From an uncultured Alphaproteobacteria bacterium (lineage in GTDB: Bacteria > Pseudomonadota > Alphaproteobacteria > Acetobacterales > Acetobacteraceae): a stretch of 64,000 nucleotides of DNA. A model generated the notes under the pieces. It saw nothing but the letters and a program-made list of their open reading frames with translations. It was not told the DNA's origin and did no database searches. The stretch is taken from assembly GCA_963719805.1 (NCBI GenBank), contig CAVRDF010000004.1, positions 150,716 through 214,715 on the forward strand. Direction: 5' to 3'. Position 1 is the first letter of the stretch; every line of letters begins with the position of its first letter. The position numbers and the translations under genes are program-made. Shown piece after piece: positions 27,698 through 38,028 of the stretch.

Positions 27698-29926
27698 TCA
27701 TGCCGCAGGTTCTTCCACAGGCGTCACCGCAGCCGGCGTCTCTGCCACCTGGCGCAATGCCTCGCGCGCACGGGTGAGAGCAACTGACGGTGCGCTGTCT
27801 GGCTGTAGAGCGAACAGCACCAGCGATCGGGCTGTCACCATGTACTCGTCGCCGCTGCGCACCTTGGGCTCATCGTCGAGACCAGGCACATTCGCATCCA
27901 ACAAGCGGCGCCACGTGCTGCCGCCCACCACCTCGGGCAGCTTGAACTTCACGACGTCATGGTGCGCATTCAGTACCAGCAGCACCGTCGCATCCATCGC
28001 TGGCCGTTTGATACCGGTGGCCTGCGCTCGTCCATCGATCAGCATGCCAAAGCAGCGTGCATTCGGGTCCTGCCACTGCTCGTGGCCCATCTCAGTGGCC
28101 GACGGCGTGAGCCAGCTCACGTCTTTCACATCCAGATCCGCATTATACTCGCCGGTCAGGAAGCGTGAGCGCCGCAGGACAGGGAATGCGCGCCGCAAGG
28201 CAATCACACGCCGCACGAAATCGATCAGCTCGGCACCACTTTCGCTGATGTTCCAATCAACCCAGCTGATCTCATTGTCCTGCGCGTAGGCGTTGTTGTT
28301 ACCGTGCTGCGTGCGGCCGAATTCGTCGCCGGCTAATAACATAGGGGTGCCCTGCGACAGCAGCAGAGTCGCCAACAGGTTCCGCATCTGCCGGCAGCGC
28401 AGCCCCTTGATCTCCGTATCGTCGGTCGGTCCCTCAGCGCCGTGGTTCCACGACAGGTTGTCCGAGTGGCCGTCCTGGCTGTTCTCGCCGTTCGCTTCGT
28501 TGTGCTTCTCATTGTAGGAAACCAGGTCATGCAGCGTGAAGCCGTCATGCGCGGTGATGAAGTTGACGCTGGACCAGGGTTTGCGGCCGCGTCGCGCGAA
28601 TGCATCGGACGATGCCGCGAGCCGCGTCGCCAATTCCGGCAGCTTCCCTTCGTCGCCTTTCCAGAAGCTTCGCACGGTGTCGCGGAATTTGTCGTTCCAT
28701 TCGGCCCAACCTGGCGCGAAGCCGCCGACCTGATAGCCGCCCGGCCCGATGTCCCATGGTTCAGCGATCAGCTTCACCTGCGACAGCACCGGATCCTGCT
28801 GGCAGCTTTGCAGGAAACCGTGTCCCGTATCGAAGCCATGGTGCTCGCGCGCCAGGATGGTGCCCAGGTCGAAGCGAAAGCCGTCGACGTGCATCTCGGT
28901 CACCCAGTAGCGCAGCAAGTCGGTGACCATCTGCAGCACACTCGGGTGCGATAGGTTCAGCGTGTTCCCGGTGCCGGTGTCATTGATGTAATAGCGCGGA
29001 TTATCAGGCAGCAGCCGATAATATGATGCATTGTCGATGCCGCGGAACGACAACGTCGGACCACGCTCGTTGCCTTCGGCTGTATGGTTGTACACCACAT
29101 CGAGGATCACCTCGAGGCCAGCATCATGCAGCCGCGCCACCATCTCCTTGAATTCGGAAAACACGAACGAGGGCACAGCGGAATAGCGTGGATCTGGCGC
29201 GAAGAACCCTATGCTGTTGTAGCCCCAGTAGTTGGTCAGCCCCTTTTCCAGCAGATGCCGATCATTCACGAATGCGTGGATCGGCAGCAGCTCTACCGAA
29301 GTGACGCCAAGCGAACGGATATAGTCGACCACTTCCTTGCGGCCCAAACCAGAGAATGTGCCACGTAGCCGTTCCGGCACAGCTGGATGCAGCTTGGTAT
29401 ATCCGCGCACGTGCGTCTCGTAGATGATGGTCCGGTCCCATGGCACCTCGGGACGTCGTTCCCGACCCCAGGTGAAGGCGGGATCGATCACACGGCATTT
29501 CGGCATATAGCGCGCGGTGTCGCGCCGATCAAAGCTTAGATCCTCATTCTTCGAGCCAATGGAGTAGCCGAACAGCGCGTTGTCCCAGCGCAAGGCGCCG
29601 ACAAACGCCTTGGCATAAGGGTCCAATACCAATTTGTTGGGATTGAAGCGGTGGCCATTGCGCGGATCGTACGGGCCGTGCACCCGATAGCCATAAATCG
29701 TTCCGGGACGGGCGTCCGGCAGGTATCCGTGCCAGACTTCATTGGTGTATTCGGGCAGTTCGATGCGTTCCAGTTCGTTGCGTCCGGCATCATCGAACAG
29801 GCAAAGTTCGACCTTGGTGGCGTTGGCGGAGAACAAGGCGAAGTTTACGCCCAGACCGTCCCAAGTCGCCCCGCGTGGATTTGGTGAGCCCTCGCTGAGA
29901 CGGGACCGATTGGTGGCGGCTGACAT
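27698..29926 (-). CDS. glgX: glycogen debranching enzyme
   Basis: Contains GATWDGLGVNFALFS, GVTSVELLPIH, VDGFRFDLG, AEPWD and FITAHDGFTLHD (GH13 regions). The ATG at 29926 is preceded by GAGGAGAA. Confidence 0.9.
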   Translation of the reverse strand: MSAATNRSRLSEGSPNPRGATWDGLGVNFALFSANATKVELCLFDDAGRNELERIELPEYTNEVWHGYLPDARPGTIYGYRVHGPYDPRNGHRFNPNKLVLDPYAKAFVGALRWDNALFGYSIGSKNEDLSFDRRDTARYMPKCRVIDPAFTWGRERRPEVPWDRTIIYETHVRGYTKLHPAVPERLRGTFSGLGRKEVVDYIRSLGVTSVELLPIHAFVNDRHLLEKGLTNYWGYNSIGFFAPDPRYSAVPSFVFSEFKEMVARLHDAGLEVILDVVYNHTAEGNERGPTLSFRGIDNASYYRLLPDNPRYYINDTGTGNTLNLSHPSVLQMVTDLLRYWVTEMHVDGFRFDLGTILAREHHGFDTGHGFLQSCQQDPVLSQVKLIAEPWDIGPGGYQVGGFAPGWAEWNDKFRDTVRSFWKGDEGKLPELATRLAASSDAFARRGRKPWSSVNFITAHDGFTLHDLVSYNEKHNEANGENSQDGHSDNLSWNHGAEGPTDDTEIKGLRCRQMRNLLATLLLSQGTPMLLAGDEFGRTQHGNNNAYAQDNEISWVDWNISESGAELIDFVRRVIALRRAFPVLRRSRFLTGEYNADLDVKDVSWLTPSATEMGHEQWQDPNARCFGMLIDGRAQATGIKRPAMDATVLLVLNAHHDVVKFKLPEVVGGSTWRRLLDANVPGLDDEPKVRSGDEYMVTARSLVLFALQPDSAPSVALTRAREALRQVAETPAAVTPVEEPAA

Positions 29927-29990
29927 GCTGTGTTCTCCTCTGCCGCGCAGAGTGGCGGCAGAGGACATCATCGATCCAGACAACTCTTGT

Positions 29991-30233
29991 TCAGGTGGTG
30001 AACCGCCCGAGCAAATATCCGATGCCCATTGCGACCAGCGCCGCGGTGAGTGGCTGCTCCTTGATCACATCGCTGAGCTTGGCCGCGTTCTGCTGCGCCT
30101 GGCCGGCCGCTTGATTATACAGACCCTCGGCCTGGGTTTTCGCGTCGCCTGCAAACTCGCCCACTTTCTGCTGCACGCGGCCGCCAAATTCGCGTGCCGC
30201 GCCGTCAAACCTATCGCTCATCAGAATCTCCAT
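29991..30233 (-). CDS. CsbD-like stress protein with C-terminal membrane anchor (ElaB/DUF883-like tail)
   Basis: Contains GRVQQKVGEFAGDAKTQAEGLYNQAAGQAQ (CsbD-like) followed by PLTAALVAMGIGYLLGRF. The alternative start is the ATG at 30221. Confidence 0.65.
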   Translation of the reverse strand: MEILMSDRFDGAAREFGGRVQQKVGEFAGDAKTQAEGLYNQAAGQAQQNAAKLSDVIKEQPLTAALVAMGIGYLLGRFTT

Positions 30234-30277
30234 GGAAGCGGCGGTTGAAACGCGCACGCTGCCATGAAGTTCCTTTA

Positions 30278-31189
30278 TCAGGTAAAGTTCAGTTTCAGGC
30301 CTGCTTCCGCCCAATCCAGCGAGCCGAGTTTCCCGGTTGCCGATAACGTGACATAGGCGGTGCGCAGACCTGCGCCACCGAAACAGATATTGGTGGGAAA
30401 CTCGTCCGGCATCTCAACCTTGCGAACCACCTTGCCATCCGGTGCGATGACGGTGATGCAGCCGGCATGCAGCGTCGCCACCGCGATATCGCCGTTGGCC
30501 TGGACCGCCAGGCTGTCGAAGCGCTGGAACCCGCCGAGGCCGGCAACGATGCGGCCACCGTGCGGAGACGGCCAGCCGTGCTTCTTCACGACGCCAGGCT
30601 CTGCAATTTCGAAGGCCCAGAGGCGCGCCGGCTCCGTGTCAGCGACGTAGAGCACTTTGCCGTCCGGTGACAGGCCGCAGCCGTTCGGACTGAGAATCGG
30701 ATAGGCGACCTCAACGATCTTGGAGCTGTCCGGTAGCGCGTAGTACAGACCGCCGTGGTCGCGCGTGCGCGCATAGCGTTTGCCGAGATCGGTGAAATAG
30801 AAGCCGCCGGCGGTGTCGAACACCAGATCGTTCGGAGCAGACAGCTTGTGTCCCGCGCAATGCGTATAGAGCGTGCGCGTGTCGCCGGTCTTTGGATCGA
30901 TCCGTTGGATTGATCCGCCCGCGTAGTCGTCAGCTGGACCGATCGCCATCCAGTGGCCGCTCGGATATTTACCGCCGCCGTTGTTGCACACGTACAGCGC
31001 GCCGTCCGGGCCAATGGCGAGGCCGTTCGGTCCGCCGCCGGCATTGCCGACGGTCGAACGCGCGCCATCGGAACCGATACGCGTCACACAGCGTCCGGCA
31101 ATCTCCGTCAGGATCACCGCGCCATCCGGCATCACCACCGGACCTTCGGGAAAGCCGAAGCCGCTCGCCACGATCCGCACATCCGCCAT
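30278..31189 (-). CDS. SMP-30/gluconolactonase/LRE-family protein
   Basis: Starts MADVRIVASGFGFPEGPVVMPDG, with beta-propeller repeats containing PNGLA, PNDLVFD and PNGCGLSPDG. GGAGGAAA lies upstream of the ATG at 31189. Confidence 0.85.
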   Translation of the reverse strand: MADVRIVASGFGFPEGPVVMPDGAVILTEIAGRCVTRIGSDGARSTVGNAGGGPNGLAIGPDGALYVCNNGGGKYPSGHWMAIGPADDYAGGSIQRIDPKTGDTRTLYTHCAGHKLSAPNDLVFDTAGGFYFTDLGKRYARTRDHGGLYYALPDSSKIVEVAYPILSPNGCGLSPDGKVLYVADTEPARLWAFEIAEPGVVKKHGWPSPHGGRIVAGLGGFQRFDSLAVQANGDIAVATLHAGCITVIAPDGKVVRKVEMPDEFPTNICFGGAGLRTAYVTLSATGKLGSLDWAEAGLKLNFT

Positions 31190-31401
31190 TGGTTGTTTCC
31201 TCCATTCCCGCGTGTTCCACGCCATCCAACCGCAGTGGTTGGCCGTGGTCCAGTGCCGGTGCATTCAGCGTGCCTTTGCGCTGTGGGACGACGTGACTAC
31301 AATGTAATATACGGGATGTTTGCGGCGACGCTTCCCCGAAGCTGGCCAGCCGCAAGGGGTTGGGATTGACCGGCAGCGTTCCGCTGCCACTCAATGCCGG
31401 T

Positions 31402-32121
31402 ATGACCTGGTCCATCGTCGCACATGATCCGGCCACCGGCGCGTTCGCAGTGGCGGTGGCCACCAAGGCATTCGCCGTGGGGGCTTCCTGCCCATTCGTC
31501 CGTTCTGGCGTGGGCGCCGTATCGACGCAATCATTCACCAACCGCTATCTCGGCCCTGCGATCCTCGACGCAATGGCTCGCGGTCTGCCGCCGGACGCGG
31601 CGATCGAAGGCGCGCTGGCGGGAGATGCAGGACGCGGCCTCCGGCAAGTGCATGCGGTCGATCGCCACGGGCGCACGGCGGCGTGGACCGGACAGAACTG
31701 TGTCGAATGGTGCGGCGGCGTCGCTGCACCCGGCATCAGCGTCGCCGGTAACATGCTATCGGGTGAACCGACCATCGCGGCGACGCTGGCCACGTGGCAG
31801 GCGCGTGCGGATCTCGACATGCCGGAGCGCCTGATGCTGGCGATGGAGGCTGGCGAGGCAGCGGGCGGGGATCGGCGCGGCAGGCAATCGGCTGCGATGG
31901 TGCTGACCACGACTGAGGATTTTCCGGACCTCAACCTGCGCGTTGACGACAGCGTTGCGCCATTGCCGGAGTTGCGCCGGCTCTTGGGCATCTGGCTGCG
32001 GGAGCGTGCACCCGGTCTTTCGGCGCAACCATCGCGCGCCAATCCTGCGGGTTTCATCGACCTCGACGTGATCGAGGCATCCTGGCGCGAACGCGGCCTC
32101 GACCTGCGCTTCCGGCGTTAG
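31402..32121 (+). CDS. DUF1028-family (Ntn-hydrolase-like) protein
   Basis: Starts MTWSIVAHDPATGAFAVAVATKAFAVGA (Thr2 N-terminal nucleophile pattern) and contains GDRRGRQSAAMVL. Confidence 0.8.
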   Translation: MTWSIVAHDPATGAFAVAVATKAFAVGASCPFVRSGVGAVSTQSFTNRYLGPAILDAMARGLPPDAAIEGALAGDAGRGLRQVHAVDRHGRTAAWTGQNCVEWCGGVAAPGISVAGNMLSGEPTIAATLATWQARADLDMPERLMLAMEAGEAAGGDRRGRQSAAMVLTTTEDFPDLNLRVDDSVAPLPELRRLLGIWLRERAPGLSAQPSRANPAGFIDLDVIEASWRERGLDLRFRR

Positions 32122-32243
32122 AAAAAGACTGCGCAACCCCTCTGGCGAGCGAGGCGGAGGCAAATTAAAACTGCGTGACTCTGTGGCCAGGGGGCGACTA
32201 AGTGTCGCCTTGGTCTGGCCTGAACGTGTGAGGGAGAAGACTT

Positions 32244-33476
32244 ATGTTGACACGCCGGGCTGCCAGCCAGCTCATGGTAACGACTGCCGCGGCCGCCGCA
32301 CTTGGTGTCGGTTCCGCCCATGCGGCGCAGACCATCAAGGTCGGGCTGGATCTTTCGTTGACTGGCGCCGATGCGGAATCCGCAGCGCGCATCAAGAACG
32401 GCGCGTTGATGGCGTTCGACGAGGTCAACGCGAAGAACGAATTAGGCGGCAACAAAATCGAGGTTGTCGTCTATGACGACGGCACGGCGACGGCCGGGCA
32501 GTATGATCCCGCGCAGGCCGCGACCAACGCCCGCAAGATGGTGTCTGACAAGGAGGTCGTGGCGGCGATCGGGCCGATGATGAGCGGCGCGGGCAAGGCG
32601 ATGGCGCCGATCCTGAGCCAGGGCAACCTGGCAACGATCACGCCGAGCTCGACTAACCCCGACATTACTGCCCCAAAGTTTGCCGCACAGTACAAGCCGG
32701 CCGGCAAGGCGATCTATTTCCGCACCGTCACGACGGATGCCTTCCAGGGACCCAACCTGGCGAACTATTTCGCCGAGGTATTGAAGGTGAAGACGGCATA
32801 TATTCTGGACGATTCCGGTGCATATGGCGTTGGCATCGCGGATTCATTCCAGAAGCGTGCCGAGGAAAAGGGCATAAAGGTGCTCGGTCGCGATCGTCTT
32901 GATCCGAAGTCGGCCGACTACACAACGATCCTGACCAAAATCAAGGCATTGAACCCAGACGCCCTATACTATGGCGGTGTCGGTCAGGCCGGCGTGAAGC
33001 TGGCCAAGCAGTCGTACGACATCGTGCCAAAGATGATAAAGGGCGGCGGCGACGGGATGTACTCGACCGAGATGCTGTCGGCAGTCGGTTTCCCGGCGGC
33101 CGCGGGCTGGTACGCGACCATCGCTTCGCCGCACGTCACCGGCGACAAGGTGGCCGATGCCTGGATGAAGGCATACAGCTCAAAGTTCAACATGACTCCA
33201 GACGATTACTCGATCACCGCTTATGACGCGGGACTGGTGATCGCCGATGCAATCAAGCGCCTGGTGGACGATAAGAAGCCGATCAATCGGGACTCAGTGC
33301 GCGACTACCTCCAGACTTCGAACGTAAAGACCATGCAGGGCCCGGTCTCGTTCGACGACAACGGCGATCTGAAGGACCGCACGATCAGCATTTTTCAGAT
33401 CACCAAGGATGCGAACTACGCCGCTGATGACATGGTGCATCAGTTCAAGTACATCGGTGTGGCACCGCAGAGCTAA
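32244..33476 (+). CDS. branched-chain amino-acid ABC transporter substrate-binding protein (LivK-like), copy 1
   Basis: Signal peptide, then IKVGLDLSLTGADAE...GQYDPAQAATNARKMV, a type-I periplasmic binding fold sequence. Confidence 0.9.
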   Translation: MLTRRAASQLMVTTAAAAALGVGSAHAAQTIKVGLDLSLTGADAESAARIKNGALMAFDEVNAKNELGGNKIEVVVYDDGTATAGQYDPAQAATNARKMVSDKEVVAAIGPMMSGAGKAMAPILSQGNLATITPSSTNPDITAPKFAAQYKPAGKAIYFRTVTTDAFQGPNLANYFAEVLKVKTAYILDDSGAYGVGIADSFQKRAEEKGIKVLGRDRLDPKSADYTTILTKIKALNPDALYYGGVGQAGVKLAKQSYDIVPKMIKGGGDGMYSTEMLSAVGFPAAAGWYATIASPHVTGDKVADAWMKAYSSKFNMTPDDYSITAYDAGLVIADAIKRLVDDKKPINRDSVRDYLQTSNVKTMQGPVSFDDNGDLKDRTISIFQITKDANYAADDMVHQFKYIGVAPQS

Positions 33477-33481
33477 GAGAC

Positions 33482-33510
33482 GGAAGGCCGGGGCATCCCC
33501 CCGGCCTTCC
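33482..33510 (+). terminator. GC-rich hairpin after LivK-like copy 1
   Basis: GGAAGGCCGGGG-catcc-CCCCGGCCTTCC forms a 12-bp perfect stem 6 nt after the stop. There is no U-tract. Confidence 0.5.
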
Positions 33511-33583
33511 GAGTATCTGAGGGCAAAACAATCGGTCGTGGCGTGCAAATTGCATAGTACGCCGGCAACAACGGGGAACGCAC

Positions 33584-34819
33584 ATGCTCACACGTAGGCA
33601 GACTGCTCAAATCTTCATCACCAGCGCGGTGGCCGTCGCCACCGGCGGTGTTTCGGTACAGGCGGCGGATAAAGTCGTCAAAATCGGTATCGATCTGTCG
33701 CTGACCGGCGCGGACTCGCAGGGCGCGTCGCGCGTCAAGAACGGCATCGCCATGGCGTTTGACGGCGCCAATGAAGGGAATGCCATCCCGGGCCATAAGT
33801 TCGAACTACTGGTCACCGACGACGGCACGGCGACGGCTGGGCAGTATGATCCGGCCCAGGCGGCGACCAACGCGCGCAAAATGGTGGCCGACAAGGACGT
33901 GCTCGCGGCGATCGGCCCGCAAATGAGCGGCGCCGGTAAGGCGATGACCCCGATCCTGAGCCAGGGTGGATTGGCGACAATCACGCCATCCTCGACCAAC
34001 CCGGACATCTCTGATCCGAAGTTCGCCGAGCAGTATCGCCCGGCAGGTAAGCCGATCTACTTCCGCACCGTGACGACGGACGCCTATCAGGGGCCGAACA
34101 TGGCCAACTTCCTGGCCGAAAAGCTCAACATCAAGTCGGTATTCGTGCTGGACGACAGCGGCGCGTTCGGCGTCGGCGTGGCGGATTCGTTCCAGAAGCA
34201 GGCGGAGGCCAAGGGCGTGAAGGTGCTGGGCCGCGATCGGCTGGACCCGAAGTCGGCCGACTACACGGCCATCCTGACCAAAATCAAGGCGTTGAATCCG
34301 GATGCGATCTACTACGGCGGCGTCACCCAGGCGGGCGTCAAGCTGGCGAAGCAGTCGTACGACATCCTGCCGAAGACGATTAAGGCAGGGCCGGACGGCA
34401 TGGTCAGCTCAGACCTGCTGAGCGGTGCGGGCTTCCCGGCCGTGGAAGGCTGGTACACGTCGATCGCCGCGCCGCATCTGACCGAGGACAACAAGGCGCA
34501 GCAGTTCGTCGCCGCGTTCCGTGGCAAGTACAACGATTCGCCGGATGACTACACAATCACCGCCTACGACGCCGCGCTGGTCATTATCGATGCAGTCAAG
34601 CGCCTTGTCGCCGAGGGCAAGCCGGTGACGCGCGCGAACGTCCGCGACTACATCCAGTCCGCGAAGGTCCCGACGATCCAGGGCACCGTGTCGTTTGACG
34701 CGAATGGCGACCTGGCCGATCGCACGGTCAGCGTGTTCCAGATCAAGAAGGACACCACCAAGTCGCTCACCGACCTGTCTTCGCAGTACAAGTATCTGCA
34801 GGTGGCGCCGCAGTCCTAA
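33584..34819 (+). CDS. branched-chain amino-acid ABC transporter substrate-binding protein (LivK-like), copy 2
   Basis: Collinear paralogue of copy 1, sharing long identical blocks such as GQYDPAQAATNARKMV, ITPSSTNPDI and LDPKSADYT.ILTKIKALNPDA.YYGGV.QAGVKLAKQSYDI. Confidence 0.9.
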   Translation: MLTRRQTAQIFITSAVAVATGGVSVQAADKVVKIGIDLSLTGADSQGASRVKNGIAMAFDGANEGNAIPGHKFELLVTDDGTATAGQYDPAQAATNARKMVADKDVLAAIGPQMSGAGKAMTPILSQGGLATITPSSTNPDISDPKFAEQYRPAGKPIYFRTVTTDAYQGPNMANFLAEKLNIKSVFVLDDSGAFGVGVADSFQKQAEAKGVKVLGRDRLDPKSADYTAILTKIKALNPDAIYYGGVTQAGVKLAKQSYDILPKTIKAGPDGMVSSDLLSGAGFPAVEGWYTSIAAPHLTEDNKAQQFVAAFRGKYNDSPDDYTITAYDAALVIIDAVKRLVAEGKPVTRANVRDYIQSAKVPTIQGTVSFDANGDLADRTVSVFQIKKDTTKSLTDLSSQYKYLQVAPQS

Positions 34820-34830
34820 CCCGAGAAGGC

Positions 34831-34861
34831 GGGGTCCGGAAGCGTGGCCATTCCGGACCCC
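34831..34861 (+). terminator. hairpin after LivK-like copy 2
   Basis: GGGGTCCGG-N13-CCGGACCCC forms a 9-bp stem 12 nt after the stop. Confidence 0.4.
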
Positions 34862-35015
34862 AGGCTGCTCAGGCGCACCGTTTGCCTTCCGGCCCGGCAG
34901 CCGATACTAACCGGCCCAACAAAGCGAACAGGGGGCGACGCGTGCTGATCGAGCGCAAGCTGCGCGACAGGCCGTGCCGCTTTATCAACGCTATGAGCGG
35001 AGACGCATCGCAACC

Positions 35016-35945
35016 ATGACGACATTCGATCTGCTGTTGCAGCAGACGATCAACGGATTGAGCCTCGGTGCGATGTACGCCTTGCTCGCTCTTGGCTTTA
35101 CCTTGGTCTATGGCATCCTTGAGCTGATCAACTTCGCGCACTTCAACGTATTCATGGTCGGCTCGTTCATTGCTATGTTCGTGCTGCAGTCCTTCGGGCT
35201 GTCGGGACAGGACGTGGTGCTGACGGGACTGCCGCTTATTGGTGTCCTGCTGGTGGCGTTTGTCGCCACCATGCTGGCGTCTGGCGGCATTGGCATGGTG
35301 ATCGAGCGCGTATTTCTGCGGCCGTTGCGCCAGGTGAAGGGGCCCGCAGCGATGATCACCACCATCGGCGTTTCCTACATCCTGTTCAACTTGGTCCTGC
35401 TCACCATCGGTGCTGATTCGAAGAACTTCCCCAATCCATTGCCGGCGATACGCTGGAATATCGGCGGCGCGATTTTTGATTTCCGCGTCGTGCTGATATG
35501 GATCATCGCGCTGGTACTCATGATCGGGCTGTATTTCTTTGTGCAGCGCAGCCGTATCGGCAAGGCGATGCGCGCGACGGCGCAGGATCCGGAAGCTGCC
35601 CGCATGATGGGCGTGGAAGTGGACAAGGTTATTGTGATGGCCTTCTTCCTCGGCTCGGCGCTGGCCGGTGCCGGCGGACTGATCTTCGGCCTGTACTATA
35701 ACTTCACCAGCTTCATCATCGGTTTCACAGCAGGGCTGCGTGCGTTCACCGCCGCAGTGCTGGGCGGTATCGGCAACGTTCCCGGGGCCATGGTCGGCGG
35801 CGTGCTGATCGGGCTCATCGAGGCGATGGGCGGCCAGTTCATCGCCACGGCATGGACCGACGTGATCATCTTCTCGATCCTGGTGCTGGTGCTGGTATTC
35901 ATGCCAACCGGTCTGTTCGGGCGCGTGGCGCCCAATAAGTCGTAA
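35016..35945 (+). CDS. livH: branched-chain amino-acid ABC transporter permease
   Basis: MTTFDLLLQQTINGLSLGAMYALLALGFTLVYG is the canonical LivH N-terminus. The product is 309 aa. Confidence 0.9.
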   Translation: MTTFDLLLQQTINGLSLGAMYALLALGFTLVYGILELINFAHFNVFMVGSFIAMFVLQSFGLSGQDVVLTGLPLIGVLLVAFVATMLASGGIGMVIERVFLRPLRQVKGPAAMITTIGVSYILFNLVLLTIGADSKNFPNPLPAIRWNIGGAIFDFRVVLIWIIALVLMIGLYFFVQRSRIGKAMRATAQDPEAARMMGVEVDKVIVMAFFLGSALAGAGGLIFGLYYNFTSFIIGFTAGLRAFTAAVLGGIGNVPGAMVGGVLIGLIEAMGGQFIATAWTDVIIFSILVLVLVFMPTGLFGRVAPNKS

Positions 35946-35958
35946 GGGAGCGACGCGA

Positions 35959-38001
35959 ATGAACCAAGCCGCTTCCGCCGCTGCCTCTGTGCTGACGCGA
36001 CCGTTCGCCCGCATCCCTGTCGCCTTGCGGCGTCAGATCGGCATGGCGATCCTGATCATCCTGGCAGTCGGTTTCCCAATCTACCACAATAACGACGCCG
36101 ACATCGACAGCATGGCCAACGCAGCGGCCTATGCAACGCTGGCGTTGGGATTGAACATCGTTGTCGGCTTTGCCGGACTTCTGGACCTTGGCTATGCCGC
36201 ATTCTTCGCAATTGGCGCCTATACCTACGGTGTTCTGACGGCGTTCCAGTTGCAGCCGGAGTGGAGCACGTTCTGGGAGCCGTTCCAGGCTGTTGGGCTC
36301 GTCGCCAAGATGGCGGGCGAATCAGGCGGCGACGTCGTCCATTTCACCTTGTCGTTCTGGCTGGCGCTGCCACTGGCCGCCGCCATCTCGGCATTCTTCG
36401 GCGTGATGTTCGGCGCACCGACGCTGCGGCTGCGAGGCGACTACCTGGCCATCGTGACACTGGGCTTCGGCGAGATCGTGCCGATCGTGGTGCGCAACTG
36501 GGCGAGCCTGACGAACGGCGCCGCCGGATTGAACGGCGTGGCCGCACCGCATCTGTTCGGCTGGAGTTTCGGCGTCGATGCCACGCCGTACTACTATGTG
36601 GCGATCGCGCTGGTGGCCATGCTGATATTCATCAGCATCCGATTGCGGGATTCGCGCATTGGCCGCGCCTGGATGGCAATCCGTGAAGACGAGATCGCGG
36701 CCGGCGCGATGGGCGTGAACCGGACCAAGTTCAAACTGCTCGCTTTCGCCATTGGTGCCGCGTTCGCCGGCATGACCGGTGTGTTCTATGTCGCCAAGCT
36801 GCAGACGGCGACGCCGGAGATGTTCGGCTTTCCGGTTTCGGTGATGATTCTGGTGATGATTGTGTTCGGTGGCACGGGCAGCGTGTGGGGCGTCGTGCTG
36901 GGCGCGGCCATCCTGCAGTTGCTGCAATCGTGGTGGTTGCAGGACCTGACGGAGTGGCTGCACGCATTCGGCCGGATGATCGACAGCAGCTGGTTCCAGC
37001 ACATAGATCTCGTGCCGTCGATCGAACTGATCTTCGGCATCATCCTGGTGGCGATGATGCTGTTCCGGCGCCAAGGCCTGATCCCGGCGACCCGGCCGCA
37101 GGCGGCACTGACCTTCGACCAGCAGAACGCCGAAATCAGGCGAGGCGGCTTTACCGACCTCAAGCTGCACGGACTGGGTGGCGACGTCCGCTCCGGCGCG
37201 GTGGCGCTCGATATCAAGGGTGTGACGGTGAAGTTCGGCGGCCTCACCGCGCTCAACAAGGTGAATCTTCAGGTTCCGACGGGCGGTGTGGTAGCGGTGA
37301 TCGGACCGAATGGCTCGGGCAAGTCGACGCTGTTCAATGTTATCACCGGCTTGGTCGAGGCGGAGGAAGGCTCGATCCGCTTCCACGGCGAAGAGCTGAT
37401 GGGTCTGCCGGACTACCAGATCCTGGAGAAAGGCGTCGCGCGCACGTTCCAGAACCTGCGGTTGTTCGCCAACCTGACGGTGATGGAGAACGCACTGATC
37501 GGGCAGCACGCGCGGCTGAAGACCGGCACGCTGACGGCGATCCTGCGCCCGCCAGGCACCAAGGCGGAGGAAGCGCAGGCTCGGGAATGGGCAATGGAGA
37601 TCTTCTCGATCTTCGGCAATCGACTGGTGCCGCGCGTGGGCCAGATGGTGGCCGGGCTGTCCTATGCCAACCGCCGCCGTATCGAGATCGCGCGGGCACT
37701 CGCGTCGCGGCCACGCATCCTGCTGCTGGATGAACCGACGGCGGGCATGAATCCGGCGGAGACGCTGGAGCTTGCCGAACAGATCAAGAGCCTGAACACG
37801 CTCGGCCTGACCGTGCTGCTGATCGAACACAAGCTGGACGTGGTCACCACGCTGGCAGACACCGTCTATGTGCTCGACCATGGCGAGGTCATCGCGCAAG
37901 GCAAACCGGACGAAGTACGGCGCGACGAGGAAGTGCTGCGCGCCTATCTCGGCCGCAATGCACAGGCCTCGCTGGCAGGAGTATCGGCCAATGTTGCGTG
38001 A
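35959..38001 (+). CDS. fused branched-chain amino-acid ABC permease (LivM-like) and ATPase (LivG-like)
   Basis: The N-terminal ~390 aa are polytopic (LALGLNIVVGFAGLLDLGYAAFFAIGAYTYG). The C-terminal ~270 aa carry Walker A GPNGSGKST, the signature LSYANRRRIEIARAL and Walker B LLLDEP. Confidence 0.9.
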   Translation: MNQAASAAASVLTRPFARIPVALRRQIGMAILIILAVGFPIYHNNDADIDSMANAAAYATLALGLNIVVGFAGLLDLGYAAFFAIGAYTYGVLTAFQLQPEWSTFWEPFQAVGLVAKMAGESGGDVVHFTLSFWLALPLAAAISAFFGVMFGAPTLRLRGDYLAIVTLGFGEIVPIVVRNWASLTNGAAGLNGVAAPHLFGWSFGVDATPYYYVAIALVAMLIFISIRLRDSRIGRAWMAIREDEIAAGAMGVNRTKFKLLAFAIGAAFAGMTGVFYVAKLQTATPEMFGFPVSVMILVMIVFGGTGSVWGVVLGAAILQLLQSWWLQDLTEWLHAFGRMIDSSWFQHIDLVPSIELIFGIILVAMMLFRRQGLIPATRPQAALTFDQQNAEIRRGGFTDLKLHGLGGDVRSGAVALDIKGVTVKFGGLTALNKVNLQVPTGGVVAVIGPNGSGKSTLFNVITGLVEAEEGSIRFHGEELMGLPDYQILEKGVARTFQNLRLFANLTVMENALIGQHARLKTGTLTAILRPPGTKAEEAQAREWAMEIFSIFGNRLVPRVGQMVAGLSYANRRRIEIARALASRPRILLLDEPTAGMNPAETLELAEQIKSLNTLGLTVLLIEHKLDVVTTLADTVYVLDHGEVIAQGKPDEVRRDEEVLRAYLGRNAQASLAGVSANVA

Positions 38002-38028
38002 CGCTTTGCGGCCCGCTGGGAGGCGGTG